From Eledone cirrhosa (Eukaryota): a stretch of 64,000 nucleotides of DNA. The position numbers and the translations under genes were made by a program. Location: assembly GCA_964016885.1 (NCBI GenBank), contig OZ024742.1, positions 274,102,001 through 274,166,000 of the forward strand, read 5' to 3'. The first letter of the stretch is position 1; each line of letters starts with the position of its first letter. The notes below the pieces were generated by a model, which was given only the letters and a program-made list of their open reading frames with translations, searched no databases and was not told where the DNA came from. Below are positions 11,750 through 24,544 of this stretch, in pieces.

Positions 11750-13128
11750 CGTGGGAGAGGACGAAAAGGAACTGCGAACCAGGAGGTCGCGGTGGTTACG
11801 GGCGCGCTTAAATGAAGTAATGGGTGGGTTTGGAAAAGAGCGAGAAATGACGGGGTCAGAAGTGAGGATACGGAAGGAACGGAGGATATGTCGCCGGAGT
11901 GGTAGGGTCATGGAATGGTAGGTGAGAAGGAAAGGAACAAGGGTGTTGGGAGGGCGGGGTGAGGTGAGAGGGCTGTGGTGCGGTCTGTTTCACAGGCGCA
12001 GATGAGAGCAGCTTGGATCAGGGTGGGGGGATATCCACGCTGGATGAAGCAAGAATCCATGCGAAGGGAATGGGTTTCGAAATCGTCGTCCTTGATACAG
12101 ATTCGGCGATGACGGATGAAATGGACATAGGGTATGGAGTGTTTGGTGATGGATGGGAGGAGGTTAAGTCGAGATAAGATTGGGAGTATGTTGGTTTAAT
12201 GAAGATGGAAGTAGAGAGGGTGTGGTGAGAGTGATTAATACATAGAGAGATATCTAGAAAAGCGACAGAAGAATCAGAGACGGAGGCGGTGAAATTTAAA
12301 GCATGATGGAAAGATTGGACAAAAGAAAGAAAACAGTCGAGCTGTTTCTCGTGATAGAGAGGTGGCGCCGATACAGTCGTCGATATAAAGACCGTATAGC
12401 TTAGGAGTCGGTCCAGCGTACTGGGAGAAGATCTGGGGTTCGACGTAGCCAACAAACAAGTTGGCATAGTTTGGACCCATTCTGATTCCCATTGCTACCC
12501 TAGAGATCTGTTGAAAAAATTCACCCGAAAACGAAAATCCATTGAGGGTGAGAACAAGCTCGGCCAGACGGAGAAGAGTGGTAGTGCTGTGGTAAGGGGT
12601 AGGGCGTAAATCTAAAAAAATGTTGGAGAGCGCGGAGGCCGTCGCACTAGAGATGACGGTATAGAGAGAGAGGATGTCTAGTGTAAAGAGAAGGCGGGAG
12701 GGACCAGGAGGGAAGGAGAAAGAGTTGAAGAGTCTAAGGGCATGATTTGTATCATGGACGTAGGAGGGGAAATTGCCGACCAACGGGGCGAGGATGGTGT
12801 CTAAATATTCAGAAATTTTATTATCTCGGTGGGGCAGTTGCACGCAGACACGATAGGACGGCCAGGACTATTTTGTTTGTGTATTTTTTGGAAGAATTAG
12901 ATGGTGGGTGTGCGAAGGGTGTGTACAGTAAGGTTGCTGGCTATCGGGGTAGGAGAGAGGAGGAGATGAGCTCGTGGATGTTGGAGGACGCGAGTTGTTG
13001 GTAGGCAGGAGTGGGGTCGGAAGATAAAGGGCGGTAAAAAGCGGTATTGTGAAGCTGGCGGAAAGCCTCAACCCTATAGAGGTCAGCGCTCCAAACCACC
13101 ACAGCGCCACTTTGTCAGCGGGTTTGAT
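11750..13128 (-). pseudogene. Penelope-like reverse transcriptase fragment (frameshifted)
   Basis: IKPADK, LFTLDILSLYTVI, QISRVAMGIRMGPNYANLFVGYVE, YIDD, FLDISL, KPTYSQSYLDLTSSHP, FKRARNHRDLLVRS. Confidence 0.85.
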
Positions 13129-14134
13129 GACATATATCTATATATATAAAACTGAGGTTGTCTGTCTCTCTGTCTGTCTTCTAAAATAGTCGGCACATAT
13201 CTCCTACTAAACCGTAGGTTAAAATTTTGGTGAAATTGCTACACTTATAGATGAAGGTCCGGCGAAGACATCGGTCAAAAAGATTTTCAAATCGATCCAC
13301 GCCAAGTGCAAAAATCAAATTTGTAATGTATTGATTTTTCAGTTCAAATGTATAAATAGAGATGAGAGACGAGTTATTTCCCTTTTATGGCGTCATTTGT
13401 TTATCTATTTACGTTACGAATAAACGTGCAAAGGTACAAAAATACGCGAACAGTTTTCGGACCAGCAAAATTTTAACCTGCAAAATTCATGAGTTCGAAG
13501 TTTCAACATTAAGCTTCCATTTTGATTCATTTCCATTAAAAAGTATTTTAAAACAATATTTCAGCGCATCAGCCTCGCCATCACCCGAGGCAACGCTGCG
13601 AGTGTGCTGGCTTGCCTCAAAAGTCATTAGAGAGGTTTCCCAGCACTCGCGACGTTGCTGTATTTTGCTCTGGTGTTGGCTCCGTTGTTCACCCTTTCCT
13701 TTACATTTTCTTTAATAGTGTAGCATTGAAGGAATATATCTTTCATTGTATCACCCTTTGTAGTTTTTCCGAGGCATTTGTAATGTTATTTATGTATGTA
13801 TATATTTAAAACATATTTGTTATGTTATTCTACTGTAAATTTATTTATATGCTCTGTTTATATTTTCATTCTCACTACCCTCAAAAATCTATGAAACTAG
13901 ATACATGTTGCAACTCTCTCTCTCTATATATATATATATCATACACACACATATACATATACATCTAAAGAGAGAAAGGGAGATGTAGAGAGAGAGAGAG
14001 AGTGAGATAGGTCGTTATACAGACAGAGGTACAAGATAATCAGATAGAGAGACAGAGAGAGAGGGAGGGAGAGAGAGAATGGCAACGAACGCTGGTTCAC
14101 GCACACACACACACATAAACACATATATATATAT

Positions 14135-14185
<51 letters not shown>

Positions 14186-14341
14186 TGCGCGTTCTTTATT
14201 GTTCTCCATTCTGTAGAGGAAGAGAGAGAGAGAGAGGTATGAGTGAGAGAGGGAGAGAGAAAGAGAGAGTATGTGAAAAAAGGGAGAGGGTTTGAGAAAG
14301 AAAGAAAGTTTAAGCAAAGAATCGCTGCTTTCAACATTAAT

Positions 14342-14477
14342 TGTTTCTACTTTTGGCACAAGGCCATCAATTACCCAGTGCATTACTGGTACTTTATTTT
14401 TATCGACCCCGTAAGGATGAAAGGCAAAGTTAACCTCGGCGGGATTTGAACTCAGATCATACAGGGAGGTAACTCTA
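14342..14477 (-). mobile_element. SINE copy 7 (5'-truncated) with a 16-bp TSD
   Basis: TGCTTTCAACATTAAT at 14326-14341 and 14478-14493. Paralogous empty sites at about 7815-7845 and 59415-59445. Confidence 0.85.
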
Positions 14478-14814
14478 TGCTTTCAACATTAATGGGATCT
14501 TCTTAAACTAATAAATTCAATCTGTGAACGCACAGTTAAATATTTCGAGAAACGTTGCAACTGCAGGAAAACAGGAAGACGATATTTTGGTTCGTGAAGA
14601 CGTTCCCTGGTAATGAACGGAAAGAAATCGAGGATAATACGTAGTAATGTAAACCGAGAAGAACAATTTCATGCAGAGACAAGACCAAGTTTATGGTGTA
14701 AATGGAGTCGTTAGACTAATACTCTAATTAAAATAACCGAATGATTTCCAGCCCCGGGGTTTAAGAATTATGTAAATAAAATTGTAAACGAAAATGGCAG
14801 AGGTTATTAAAATA

Positions 14815-14920
14815 GTTGTTTCTACTTTTGGCGCAAGGCCAGCAAATACCCAGTACATTACTGGTACTTTATTTTATCGATCCCGTAATGATGAAAGGTA
14901 AAGTTAACCTCGACGGGATA
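14815..14920 (-). mobile_element. SINE copy 8 (5'-truncated)
   Basis: Tail and core match 369-475. Confidence 0.75.
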
Positions 14921-15501
14921 TTAATTTTGCCTTAAAATAGTAAAAGTAAATAGTGAAGATTTAGACCAGTACATAAGTATGCGCCGACGAACATACACAT
15001 ACATATACATACGCACACACAATTACATGCACACACACAAACACACACGTACACACGCGCGTGTGTGTGTAAACCTTATGCATTTCTACAGTATTTTTAC
15101 CAAACTTAAGACATAGGTTCCTTATGTACTCCGGATGGTCATGGGCACTTTCATTTTTACAGATATTGATTATAAGGCCTCCTGGCAGATAACCCTCTTT
15201 AACAGCTTCCTTGGAGTCGACTGAAGCACTGCAGTGCAATGCAACAAAACGTCATAACTTCTGGAGCTCGCAACCGATTTTCACAAAACTTAACACATGG
15301 GCTACGTTTGTTCTACAGATGAATGTTAACTCTCAGAATTGGCACATATTGAGAAGGGGACCCCTGGGGGGCAGTTACCCCCTTTTGGAAAAAGCCGATG
15401 ATTTTGTAAAAGTATAGTTTTCGAAGCAGCACTGAAGTATTGACATAAATGGTATACATAACTGCTATTTAATACTCGAGCAACGCCGGGTACCTCTGCT
15501 A

Positions 15502-15535
<34 letters not shown>

Positions 15536-15634
15536 TTCGTATTTCGAAAGAAATACGATGTTAGGAAGCCGTAGCTATGCGAACACCGGGGGGCTAACAC
15601 CCTCTGGTTTTGTCCAGCAGAAGCAAGGGTGACA

Positions 15635-15678
15635 ACCGTCTATGAATTTCAGGATTGACTGGCCATCGTCAGGACGAT
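15635..15678 (-). ncRNA. Minimal type I hammerhead ribozyme
   Basis: ATCGTC-CTGACGA-TGG...CCT-GAAA-TTCA-TA-GACGGT. Stem II is weak. Confidence 0.55.
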
Positions 15679-16172
15679 CCCTCCCACTGATCTGCGACTG
15701 CTCGAATTGAAAACAGCCGAGAATATATAGTTTTCTCGTCTGTGTAAATGAGGTGATTAATGACATTTGCATATGAAGCTGCATAAGTTGGCTCAACTTA
15801 TAATAGAAAAGAAATAGGATTTCGCTTCAAGTATAGCTTTATACAATATGTATTGAAATTTCGTATTTCGAAAGAAATACGATTTTAAGAGGCTGTAGCT
15901 ATACGTACACCGGGTGGGGGGGGGGGGGGGCTAACGCCCTCTGGCGTTTTACAGCAGATGCTGGGGAACAGCCGTCTATGCATTTCAGGCTTTTTTTATA
16001 CATATTGTATAAAGCTATGCTTGAAGCGAAATCCTATTTCTTTTCTATTATAAGTTGAGCCGTCTTATGCAGCTTCATATGCAAATGTGATTAATCACCT
16101 CATTTACACAGTCGAGACAACTATATATTCTCGACTGTTTTCATGTCCACCAGTCGCAGAGCAGTGGGAGGG

Positions 16173-16216
16173 ATCGTCCTGACGATAGCCAGTCAATCCG
16201 GAAATGCATAAACAGT
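16173..16216 (+). ncRNA. Minimal type I hammerhead ribozyme (inverted copy)
   Basis: ATCGTC-CTGACGA-...-GAAA-TGCA-TA with palindromic stem III TGCA. Stem I is partly decayed. Confidence 0.45.
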
Positions 16217-16368
16217 TGTTCCCCTTGCTTCTGCTGGACAACACCAGAGGGCGTTAGTCCACCGGTGTTCGCATAGCTACAGCTTCCTAAAATCCTATTT
16301 CTTTCGAAATACGAAATTTCTATATATATTGTATAACGTTATGCTTGAAGCGAAATCCTATTTTATAT

Positions 16369-17190
16369 ATCAGGTGGGTGCGAGCAATAATTAAATAAGC
16401 TATTGGGACAAGTGAAACGGGTAAAGCGAGCGAGACAAGTAAGCAACAAAGAAGGAAAAGCTAACCGAAGATGGGAAGAAAAACAAGCAACATGGTTATC
16501 CGATCAGCATAAGCTGTGTGAATTTCATGAGCGCTCAGCAAACAGACCTTTCGCTGTGAATGGGATGTAAGAAAGAAGGAATCCCACTCCTAGCGAACGG
16601 GAGGAAGTGAGAAGGGGAGAAACAGAGAGTGAGTGGAAGTGCGAGGAAGAGGTCAGTCGAGAGAAAGTGTTAACTGACAGAGGGGACGAAAGAAGGTAAG
16701 AGAAACAGAGAGAACGGGGGAGCAGTAAGAGAGAACGGTGGTGCAGTAAGAGAGAAAGAGAGAAACAGATAATCGGAGTTTAGGTAAATATATATGTGAA
16801 AAACATGGGGAGAAGAATACTGCATGGTTGCACATGGATTACATATTATAAAATTAGTCCCTCATCAGTGATTTGCCAACGATCATTGGTATTTCATCGC
16901 ATTAAAAATCATATACCTCAGGTGGGTGCGGGCAATAACTAAAATAAGCTATTGGGACAAGTGAAACGGGTAAAGCGAGTGAGACAAGTAAGCAACAAAG
17001 AAGGAAAAGCTAACCGAAGATGGGAAGAAAAACAAGCAACATGGTTATCCGATCAGCATAATCTGGGTGAATTTCATGAGCGCTCAGCAAACAGACCTTT
17101 CGCTGTGAATCCCACTCCTAGCGAACGGGAGGAAGTGAGAAGGGGAGAAACAGAGAGTGAGTGGAAGTGCGAGGAAGAGGTCAGTCGAGA
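16369..17190. repeat. Direct repeat of about 270-290 bp (period about 550 bp)
   Basis: TCAGGTGGGTGCG...GAGGTCAGTCGAGAG at about 16370-16662 and 16918-17191. The second copy lacks about 20 bp. Confidence 0.8.
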
Positions 17191-17301
17191 GGGTCATGTT
17201 GCCAATAAGAAGCACCTGAAGCTTTCACTCCAATTTATAAATTCTTAAATTTATAATAAATGGGAGTGAAAGCAATTGGCAACATAACCCTCCCAAAGTA
17301 T

Positions 17302-17308
<7 letters not shown>
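17189..17308. repeat. Imperfect inverted repeat related to the arms of 35888-36324
   Basis: GAGGGTCATGTTGCCAAT...TTTCACTCC / GGAGTGAAA...ATTGGCAACATAACCCTC. Confidence 0.7.
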
Positions 17309-17375
<67 letters not shown>

Positions 17376-17379
<4 letters not shown>

Positions 17380-17487
17380 GAAAACGAAAAATCAGTGATG
17401 CACCTGAACTCAATTTATTTTGTGTTACAATTGTAACACACAATAAATTGAGTTCAGATGCATCACTGATTTTTTCATTTCCTATTC
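17376..17487. repeat. Near-perfect spacerless palindrome of about 110 bp
   Basis: Centre ACAA|TTGT at 17430/17431. The 44-bp core arms have 2 mismatches. Confidence 0.9.
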
Positions 17488-17563
17488 TATCATACTCTGC
17501 TCTGTAAGAGCATAGAGTTCTCAACCGGCCTACCACCTATGGAAGCATCCTAGCTACCATTAG

Positions 17564-17638
<75 letters not shown>

Positions 17639-17798
17639 GGAGGTGAGTTTTATTGTAGCACAATAAAGCAATGCAAATATCGGATAAGTAGCACTCTACA
17701 GTTTGTAGGACTGGAGTATAAATAATATAAGATCAAAAGATGTTGATTTAAAACATCACTACTCACAAGTGTTTTTTAAGCTTCATATCATGTCTCCC

Positions 17799-17869
17799 TA
17801 TTTTATCTGATGAGAACGCAGATATCATCCCATGATGATATTTATTTTTGAAATGCGCATAATAAAATA
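17799..17869 (+). ncRNA. Minimal type I hammerhead ribozyme
   Basis: TATTTTAT-CTGATGA-(stem II with ATATCATC/GATGATAT)-GAAA-TGCGCA-TA-ATAAAATA. 8-bp stem I and palindromic stem III. Confidence 0.7.
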
Positions 17870-17914
17870 CTTGGAACTCTTTTAACCATCTTTTGATCTT
17901 ATATTATATACATC

Positions 17915-18138
<224 letters not shown>

Positions 18139-18285
18139 AAGGGTTAAAATACTGGAGCGTGTTGGAGTTAAACACCCTCTTCGTATTATAGAAATGACAG
18201 TAAAAGGTATAGCTCAATGTAGTTAAACAGAGCCGAAAAATTAAGAGAGTAAAACAAAGAAGCCTTCAATACATCAAAAGTCTTT

Positions 18286-18330
18286 ATTAGCCGACAATGT
18301 TTCGTCCTATTAAGGACTCATCAGGGCAAT
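18286..18330 (-). ncRNA. Canonical minimal type I hammerhead ribozyme (GUC cleavage triplet)
   Basis: ATTGCC-CTGATGA-GTCCT-TAAT-AGGAC-GAAA-CATTG-TC-GGCTAAT, then AATAAA. All core nucleotides are present. Confidence 0.85.
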
Positions 18331-20163
18331 TAAAACAACAAGAAGTAATATCGGCAGATACAAGCCGGAAGCTCCGAAGAATATGGAGTGTACATACACT
18401 AAAGTATTGCAAAAATATATAATAAAAATAATAAAAATATATAATAAAAATTACTAAGGATGTATATAACATTAAGAACCATATTACAAATATAGTCCAA
18501 AGCAAAAAAACCTAGAGCTAAACAAAGGTGGTTATATAGGGCAGGAATTATATATAATACAATGTAATACAATATAATATACCTTTACCAACATTAAAAT
18601 TACAATAAAAATCAAAAGGTACAATATGCATATGTATATATGTGCGCACACGTACACACACATACACATACAACAATACACACATCCATCTTCAACTGCA
18701 CAAATTAAACCTTATTAAGAGTTTGAATATAAAAATAAGCATGATAGGAATGAAAATAATAATAATAATAATACTAATACATCTACCCAATATACATGAG
18801 GTAATAATATGATATAATTATAAGTAGCACATATAATAAATAATAAACAATACAATTATATACTATATAATACAATATAATACTATTTTACCTGTTTCAG
18901 CCATCCGGCTGAGGCCATGCTGGGGCACCCTCCGGTTAATTTACACAAACAATATAGATGTCACAATAATAATATAATAATAATATACTAACATTTATAA
19001 TATACAATATACTAACATTTATAAACAATATATAATGGTACTCAAGTTAACAAATCAATTCATACTGGGTTACAGAGTAGGTGAGGAAAAATAAATTGTA
19101 AAATACCCCCCAAAAAATGTTGATGGTACAAAAAATACAAACATCTTACATGATATATAAAGTTTAACATATCATAATGTTACATATAATTAACGGTAAG
19201 TAATAAGGATCAATATTACAATAAAAAATACAATATAATATAATATATTATATAAAATAAATTAACATAATATAATATATAATTACTTATAATTACAAGG
19301 TTGGTAGACAGACATGTATATGGATGAGTGAGTAAGTGCCAGACAGTAAATATAATGCACAGTAGTATTACAAATAAAATATAAAATATAAAATATAGAA
19401 TAAAATAAATAAATAGAATCAACCGGAAATTAACAAACAAAAACAAACGTATACATTTAGGTTTCACATGCAGTTAAGTAGTTAAGTAAAAACTAAGGAA
19501 ACAACCCCTGTAAATGACTCGAAAACCCTATTTGATAAATTAATATTAAAAATATTTAAACTATCCAATAAGGCAATATAATATTAGCTATAGTTTAAGT
19601 AATTAAAGTTTATAAACGTTAATATTTCGTTACAAATGTTTACAAAAAGGAATGAAAATGTTTTACTATCATATACATAACGATATCTAAAAAACTGACT
19701 TAAGCAGAATTAAGGTAGGCTAATAGGGACAGAAATGAAGAAATATATGGAGGATGCAAAGGGGCATAAAATATAGTCGATATACTATATTACATAATAG
19801 AAAGGAGCGTAAAAGAGGGGGGGGGGTTAAATATAATCATAGTCAATTTGGAGGGGTTGACAATAAGTTTATGTGCGCATGGGGGGGGGGGGGGTATCCA
19901 AAGAAGAATCCGAATAAAAATAAAAATAAAAATAAAAATAAGAATAAAATAAAATAAATAGCGTAAAATATATAATCTTATATACATTCATAAGGTGTAA
20001 TAGTGAAAATTTAATGCGTAAGAAGATAGATATGGTACAGTAGCCAAAAGATTATGAGAGCTAGAATAAAGAGTCATAAAACACCAATGATAATAATGAT
20101 GATAATAATAATGTTGGCAAACAAAAGAACCTCAACTAAAAAATAAATAATGGAATATATCAG

Positions 20164-21987
20164 CTAATGGGTACAATTTGTACTACTAGAACGTTTAGGT
20201 TTATAATAAAAGTATGAATTAGAAATAGCGTGGGGGCAAGAAGAGGATATCTCAGACTTTTTATTAAGTAAGGATACGCTAGAGAAAATTATAGAGTGTG
20301 TCTCGAGGATACAGAGGTTACAAAACTTAGTATGTGTAGAAAGGTGGTTAGAGCGTGCTACTAAACGCCAGTTAAGGCTATATGGTATATTAGCTCCCTT
20401 AAGATCCCAGATATAATGTGCTAAAGAAGTAGAATTCTTAAACTTAACATGTTTGAAATTAGAGATATGAGAGTTAAACCTAGTCTTAAAAGTGTTAGAT
20501 GTAGAGCCTATATAAGTTCTATTAGAGGAATTAGTTATAACTTCGCAAGCATAGACAATGTTCTTAGAAAGGCAGTTACCGTTTAAAGGGCAGTTAGCAC
20601 TCACTCTACAATTGCACTTCCGGGTGTTATTGGTTGGCTCAAGTGGTGATGCATTACACGTAGGATGGCTATTAGATAAGGACTGTTCTGGTGGTAATGC
20701 ATTGCCAGATCTGTTCAGACTAATAGTATGTAGAGAGGAGAATCCATCCCTAATTTTCCTATTGTTAGTGCTAGCTAAATGAGAACTAATATTAGGGGTG
20801 GTAGAGAAGGAAATTTTAATAACATTTTTATTAAAAATACTATGGTATTTATGAGAAGGGGGGAAATTTTTCTCTAAGATAGAGAAGAAAGACCTAGGGA
20901 TATTAGTTGATACTTCCTGATTATATGGCGGGTTAAAATAAGTATTTAATCGCCTTCTATTTTTATTCTTACCGACTCTACCATTATCAAATATCCCACC
21001 ATCGAGACTAGGGTTACTACAAGGATTAGTTAAAGCCGCATTCATAGAATCAGCCAAAATTTCATTAAGTCTATTACAGTTTCTACCTCCAGTAGATCTG
21101 CTGCTGTCCGGAATCCCATCATAAGGATTAGGACCAATGATAGGATCAGTAGGAGCAACATTATTAGAATAAGATCCAGCAAAATTATCACCAATGTGTG
21201 AGCGCTCAGGGGGTTCAACTTGTTTCCTAGAGGTATTATATTCACTATTACGAGTCCGGTGGGTTAACTTATGGATGGGTTCAGATACGCCTATATAATT
21301 TTTACGGTTACTATGTTTGCTACTCCCATTCATGGCCATGTTATGTGATATTATGTTATTATTATTAAAAGTAAGCGGAGACTTTCTAAGGTTACTATTA
21401 TTATAGTGTATTTTACTAGAGTAACCTGAATTTGCTAGGGCATTATTATAGTACTCCGCATGTTCATTAAATGTTCCTACGTCCTTAGAGAGTGTGGAAA
21501 TCCTATTAGATACACCCTTAATTATAGAACTTATCATAGACTTGGGGTGGTTAGAATTGGGACTAACATAAGAAAGTATTTCATTAGGCTTATGGAAGGG
21601 TTTAAAACTATTAGTGACCAATTCCAAAGTCACATCTAAAAAGTTAACCGCTCTATCATTTCTATCTATCGTGATCGAAAGGTTATAGCTTTTAAAAAAC
21701 TTATAAAGCTTCTTCTTATTATGTTCTACATTGTTGGTGCTAGAGTTAATTACAAACAATGCATCATCACGATATAGTCCGCCTATAAGGTGCGGGAAGG
21801 TAGCATATAGTTCATTAAGGAGGAACAACCCAACAAGATCAGTAACCTGGGCCGAATCACTCGAACCCATTGTAACGTCGAAATTATTGGGCGTGTTTTT
21901 ACGGGTCCAAAATGTGTCCTCCAATTTAATAATAGTTTTACGGGCTTCTAGTATAATATCTACCTGTGATCGTGTATGGCTGGACAT
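20164..21987 (-). CDS. Penelope-like RT plus GIY-YIG polyprotein (Hydra-type), 5'-truncated by (TA)n but stop-free over about 607 codons
   Basis: [60 protein letters not shown]...YIG...[12 protein letters not shown]...LLNKKSE...CPH. The first 46 aa of the tracked ORF are microsatellite. Confidence 0.85.
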   Translation of the reverse strand: MSSHTRSQVDIILEARKTIIKLEDTFWTRKNTPNNFDVTMGSSDSAQVTDLVGLFLLNELYATFPHLIGGLYRDDALFVINSSTNNVEHNKKKLYKFFKSYNLSITIDRNDRAVNFLDVTLELVTNSFKPFHKPNEILSYVSPNSNHPKSMISSIIKGVSNRISTLSKDVGTFNEHAEYYNNALANSGYSSKIHYNNSNLRKSPLTFNNNNIISHNMAMNGSSKHSNRKNYIGVSEPIHKLTHRTRNSEYNTSRKQVEPPERSHIGDNFAGSYSNNVAPTDPIIGPNPYDGIPDSSRSTGGRNCNRLNEILADSMNAALTNPCSNPSLDGGIFDNGRVGKNKNRRRLNTYFNPPYNQEVSTNIPRSFFSILEKNFPPSHKYHSIFNKNVIKISFSTTPNISSHLASTNNRKIRDGFSSLHTISLNRSGNALPPEQSLSNSHPTCNASPLEPTNNTRKCNCRVSANCPLNGNCLSKNIVYACEVITNSSNRTYIGSTSNTFKTRFNSHISNFKHVKFKNSTSLAHYIWDLKGANIPYSLNWRLVARSNHLSTHTKFCNLCILETHSIIFSSVSLLNKKSEISSSCPHAISNSYFYYKPKRSSSTNCTH

Positions 21988-22056
21988 ATATATATGTATA
22001 TATATATATAAATATATATATATGTGTATATATATATATATGTATATATATATATG

Positions 22057-22105
<49 letters not shown>

Positions 22106-22151
22106 AAATAAAGTAAATAAGTCAAATGCTTAAAATTTGGCTTCGTTTATT

Positions 22152-22206
22152 ACTGCTATATATATTTCGGTGACAGCCATCTTTGGCTGTGACCTCTTCA
22201 GGCAGT
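22152..22206 (-). ncRNA. Minimal type I hammerhead ribozyme
   Basis: ACTGC-CTGAAGA-GGTCACAGCCA-AAGA-TGGCTGTCACC-GAAA-TATATA-TA-GCAGT-AATAAA. 5-bp stem I, 10-bp stem II, palindromic stem III. Confidence 0.85.
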
Positions 22207-22866
22207 CCGAATTAGTGTGGTAGAGACGATTACACATGTTGTTGAGCTGTATAACTTTGTCAATACTCTGATATGCCCAGTTCCTGGTTGGGTTGTTATT
22301 TCACTGAGGAACTGGAATCATATGACTTTAACTGAATTATTCATATGAAATCAGCGGGGAGCTCCTGGTGAGTTCATACGAATGAAACAGTTCTACCGCC
22401 GTAAAACCGATTTCGATATTTAGTAATGATGTCTACTAATGTATTGAGTGCTTTTTTAACTGTGGTTACCGCCGATTCCGCTTGGGATCTACACACACGT
22501 TCACACAACCACACAAACACACACAGATATATTTATATATATAGAAATATATACTTATACACACACACGCACACGCACACACACCCATGCACACAAACAT
22601 ATATATATATATACATGTATGCATATGTATATATCTATATCTATATCTATACAGATATATATATATATATAGTTATGTAATAAACAACATGAGATAATTA
22701 TTTCATTTTTTTGTTTTTTTATTTTTTCTTATAAATTATTGTGTGCGTACGTATGTAGGTGTGTGTATATATATCTATATATGTGTATGCGTATGTATGC
22801 GTGTATATATGTGTGTTTGTATATATGTGTATGTACGTGTGTGTATATATATGTGTATGTGTGTAA

Positions 22867-22946
<80 letters not shown>

Positions 22947-23053
22947 GTGTTTGTGTATTTATGTGCATGTGTATGTATTGATATATATATATATATATAT
23001 GTGTATGTATGTATGTATGTATGTATGTGTATATATGTGTGTATGTATATATC

Positions 23054-23084
<31 letters not shown>

Positions 23085-23283
23085 ATGTATATGTGTGTGT
23101 GCGTGTGTGTGTGTGCGTGTGTGTGTGTGTGTGTCTGTGTGTGTGTGTGTGTGTGTTTGTGTGTGTGTTTATCTACTTTTATATTATTCTTTTTCCTTTC
23201 CTTCTTCCTTTTCCAGCCTCACTTTCATATAGATTATATTTTTGTTTTTAAAATCCACTGTCAATAAATACACCAGGATTTTT

Positions 23284-23340
23284 TCATTCTGATGACTGAG
23301 AGCACATTTTGCTTGCTTTCAAGAAACCACTAGTTAATGA
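23284..23340 (+). ncRNA. Hammerhead ribozyme-like motif
   Basis: TCATT-CTGATGA-cTGAGAGCA...TGCTTTCAa-GAAA-CCACTAG-TT-AATGA. Mismatch at the base of stem II. Confidence 0.6.
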
Positions 23341-23393
23341 AATAATTATATAACTAATAAGCTCTGTAACCCACATAGAGCACTCTCTCTCTT

Positions 23394-23486
<93 letters not shown>

Positions 23487-23533
23487 TTGCTAGCATTAGT
23501 GTACATCTGTACGCATATGTTGGTAAATATACT

Positions 23534-23624
<91 letters not shown>

Positions 23625-24544
23625 CTTACTTTTCGGCGAAAGAATGGGGAGAGGTTGACAGTCTGTTTCACGCTGGTTGGCGTTCATCATAACCATGCAC
23701 ACCCCTGCTTCCGCCGAAAATTATAGAAGTTAATTTCTTATAGAAATCCAGTAAAAATCAGGAGCTGATTATACAGAGCAATTGCGTTCCAGCAAAAAAA
23801 TAGGAATTAGAATTGGTGCTCTGAATGTATGTATAGTATATTTGGCAATATACCGTATGTTTAATTAAAAACATTTAGACGACCATATGCCATCAGTTTT
23901 AAATTAGTGACTATGTTACTTAACATATATATATCCAGGGAGTGTAACTTGGAGTTACTGTAGGTTCACCCGAGTGAGCACTCGATGTTTAGGTTTACTT
24001 CTGTGTCGAGGTGTAGAGCTATACAGAGTGTATTATATTGAAAGATACCAAGGACGATTTGTTACTCCTTCATTACATTTATTGGTTGGTCACGGGCGTT
24101 TCGCCACTGAGCAGCTCAAGGTTCGATCTGTATCGATCTTACCCGACTCTGTAATCTGCAGCTCGACGGACCCCTTAAATTGCTAGTAGAAAATGAATAC
24201 ATGCTATATGATAAAGTCAGAAGTTCATATGTTGGTCAATAAAGATTGTTTTGATTGGTGGAATAGATCATAGGGATGTTTCGCCTTTAGTGTATATGGG
24301 GGGGGGTATGATGATAAGATGGTGGTGACGGTCGCAGGCTGAGATGGGGACTGTGGTGGGGGGGGGGGATTGTCGGTAGACAGATTGGCGCGTATTTGTG
24401 GCTGATTATTGTGTGGTGTAGTTGTTTGTGGTAATGGTGTTTATGGTGGTGTGGTGGATGTGTAGGTGGTGTCAAATACAATGAGGAGATACATACATAG
24501 ACACACTTAGTCTGACAAAAACGTATACATACACATGTGTATAT

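Larger units (their letters stand above)
13137..15502 (+). mobile_element. Non-autonomous Helitron-like element with nested SINEs and microsatellites (pairing of the two ends is inferred)
   Basis: 5' TCTATATATAT at 13137. 3' hairpin CTCGAGCAACGCCGGG (15475-15490) and CTAG|T (15499-15502) run into (TA)n. Confidence 0.55.
15532..16363. mobile_element. Hammerhead-containing unit of about 325 bp in partial-tandem plus inverted arrangement (PLE pLTR or retrozyme-like)
   Basis: Unit 15532-15855, partial direct copy 15856-15989, inverted copy 15997-16320 and partial copy 16325-16363. No ORF. Confidence 0.75.

Noticed and set aside
16815-16875. CTGATGAG on the minus strand in the 550-bp repeat
   Set aside because: No GAAA core or closing stem I. 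At best a decayed hammerhead.
22426-23267. ORFs rich in YI/CV/HT dipeptides, also at 6462-7423, 17882-18226 and elsewhere
   Set aside because: Translations of (TA)n, (TG)n and (GA)n microsatellites, not genes.
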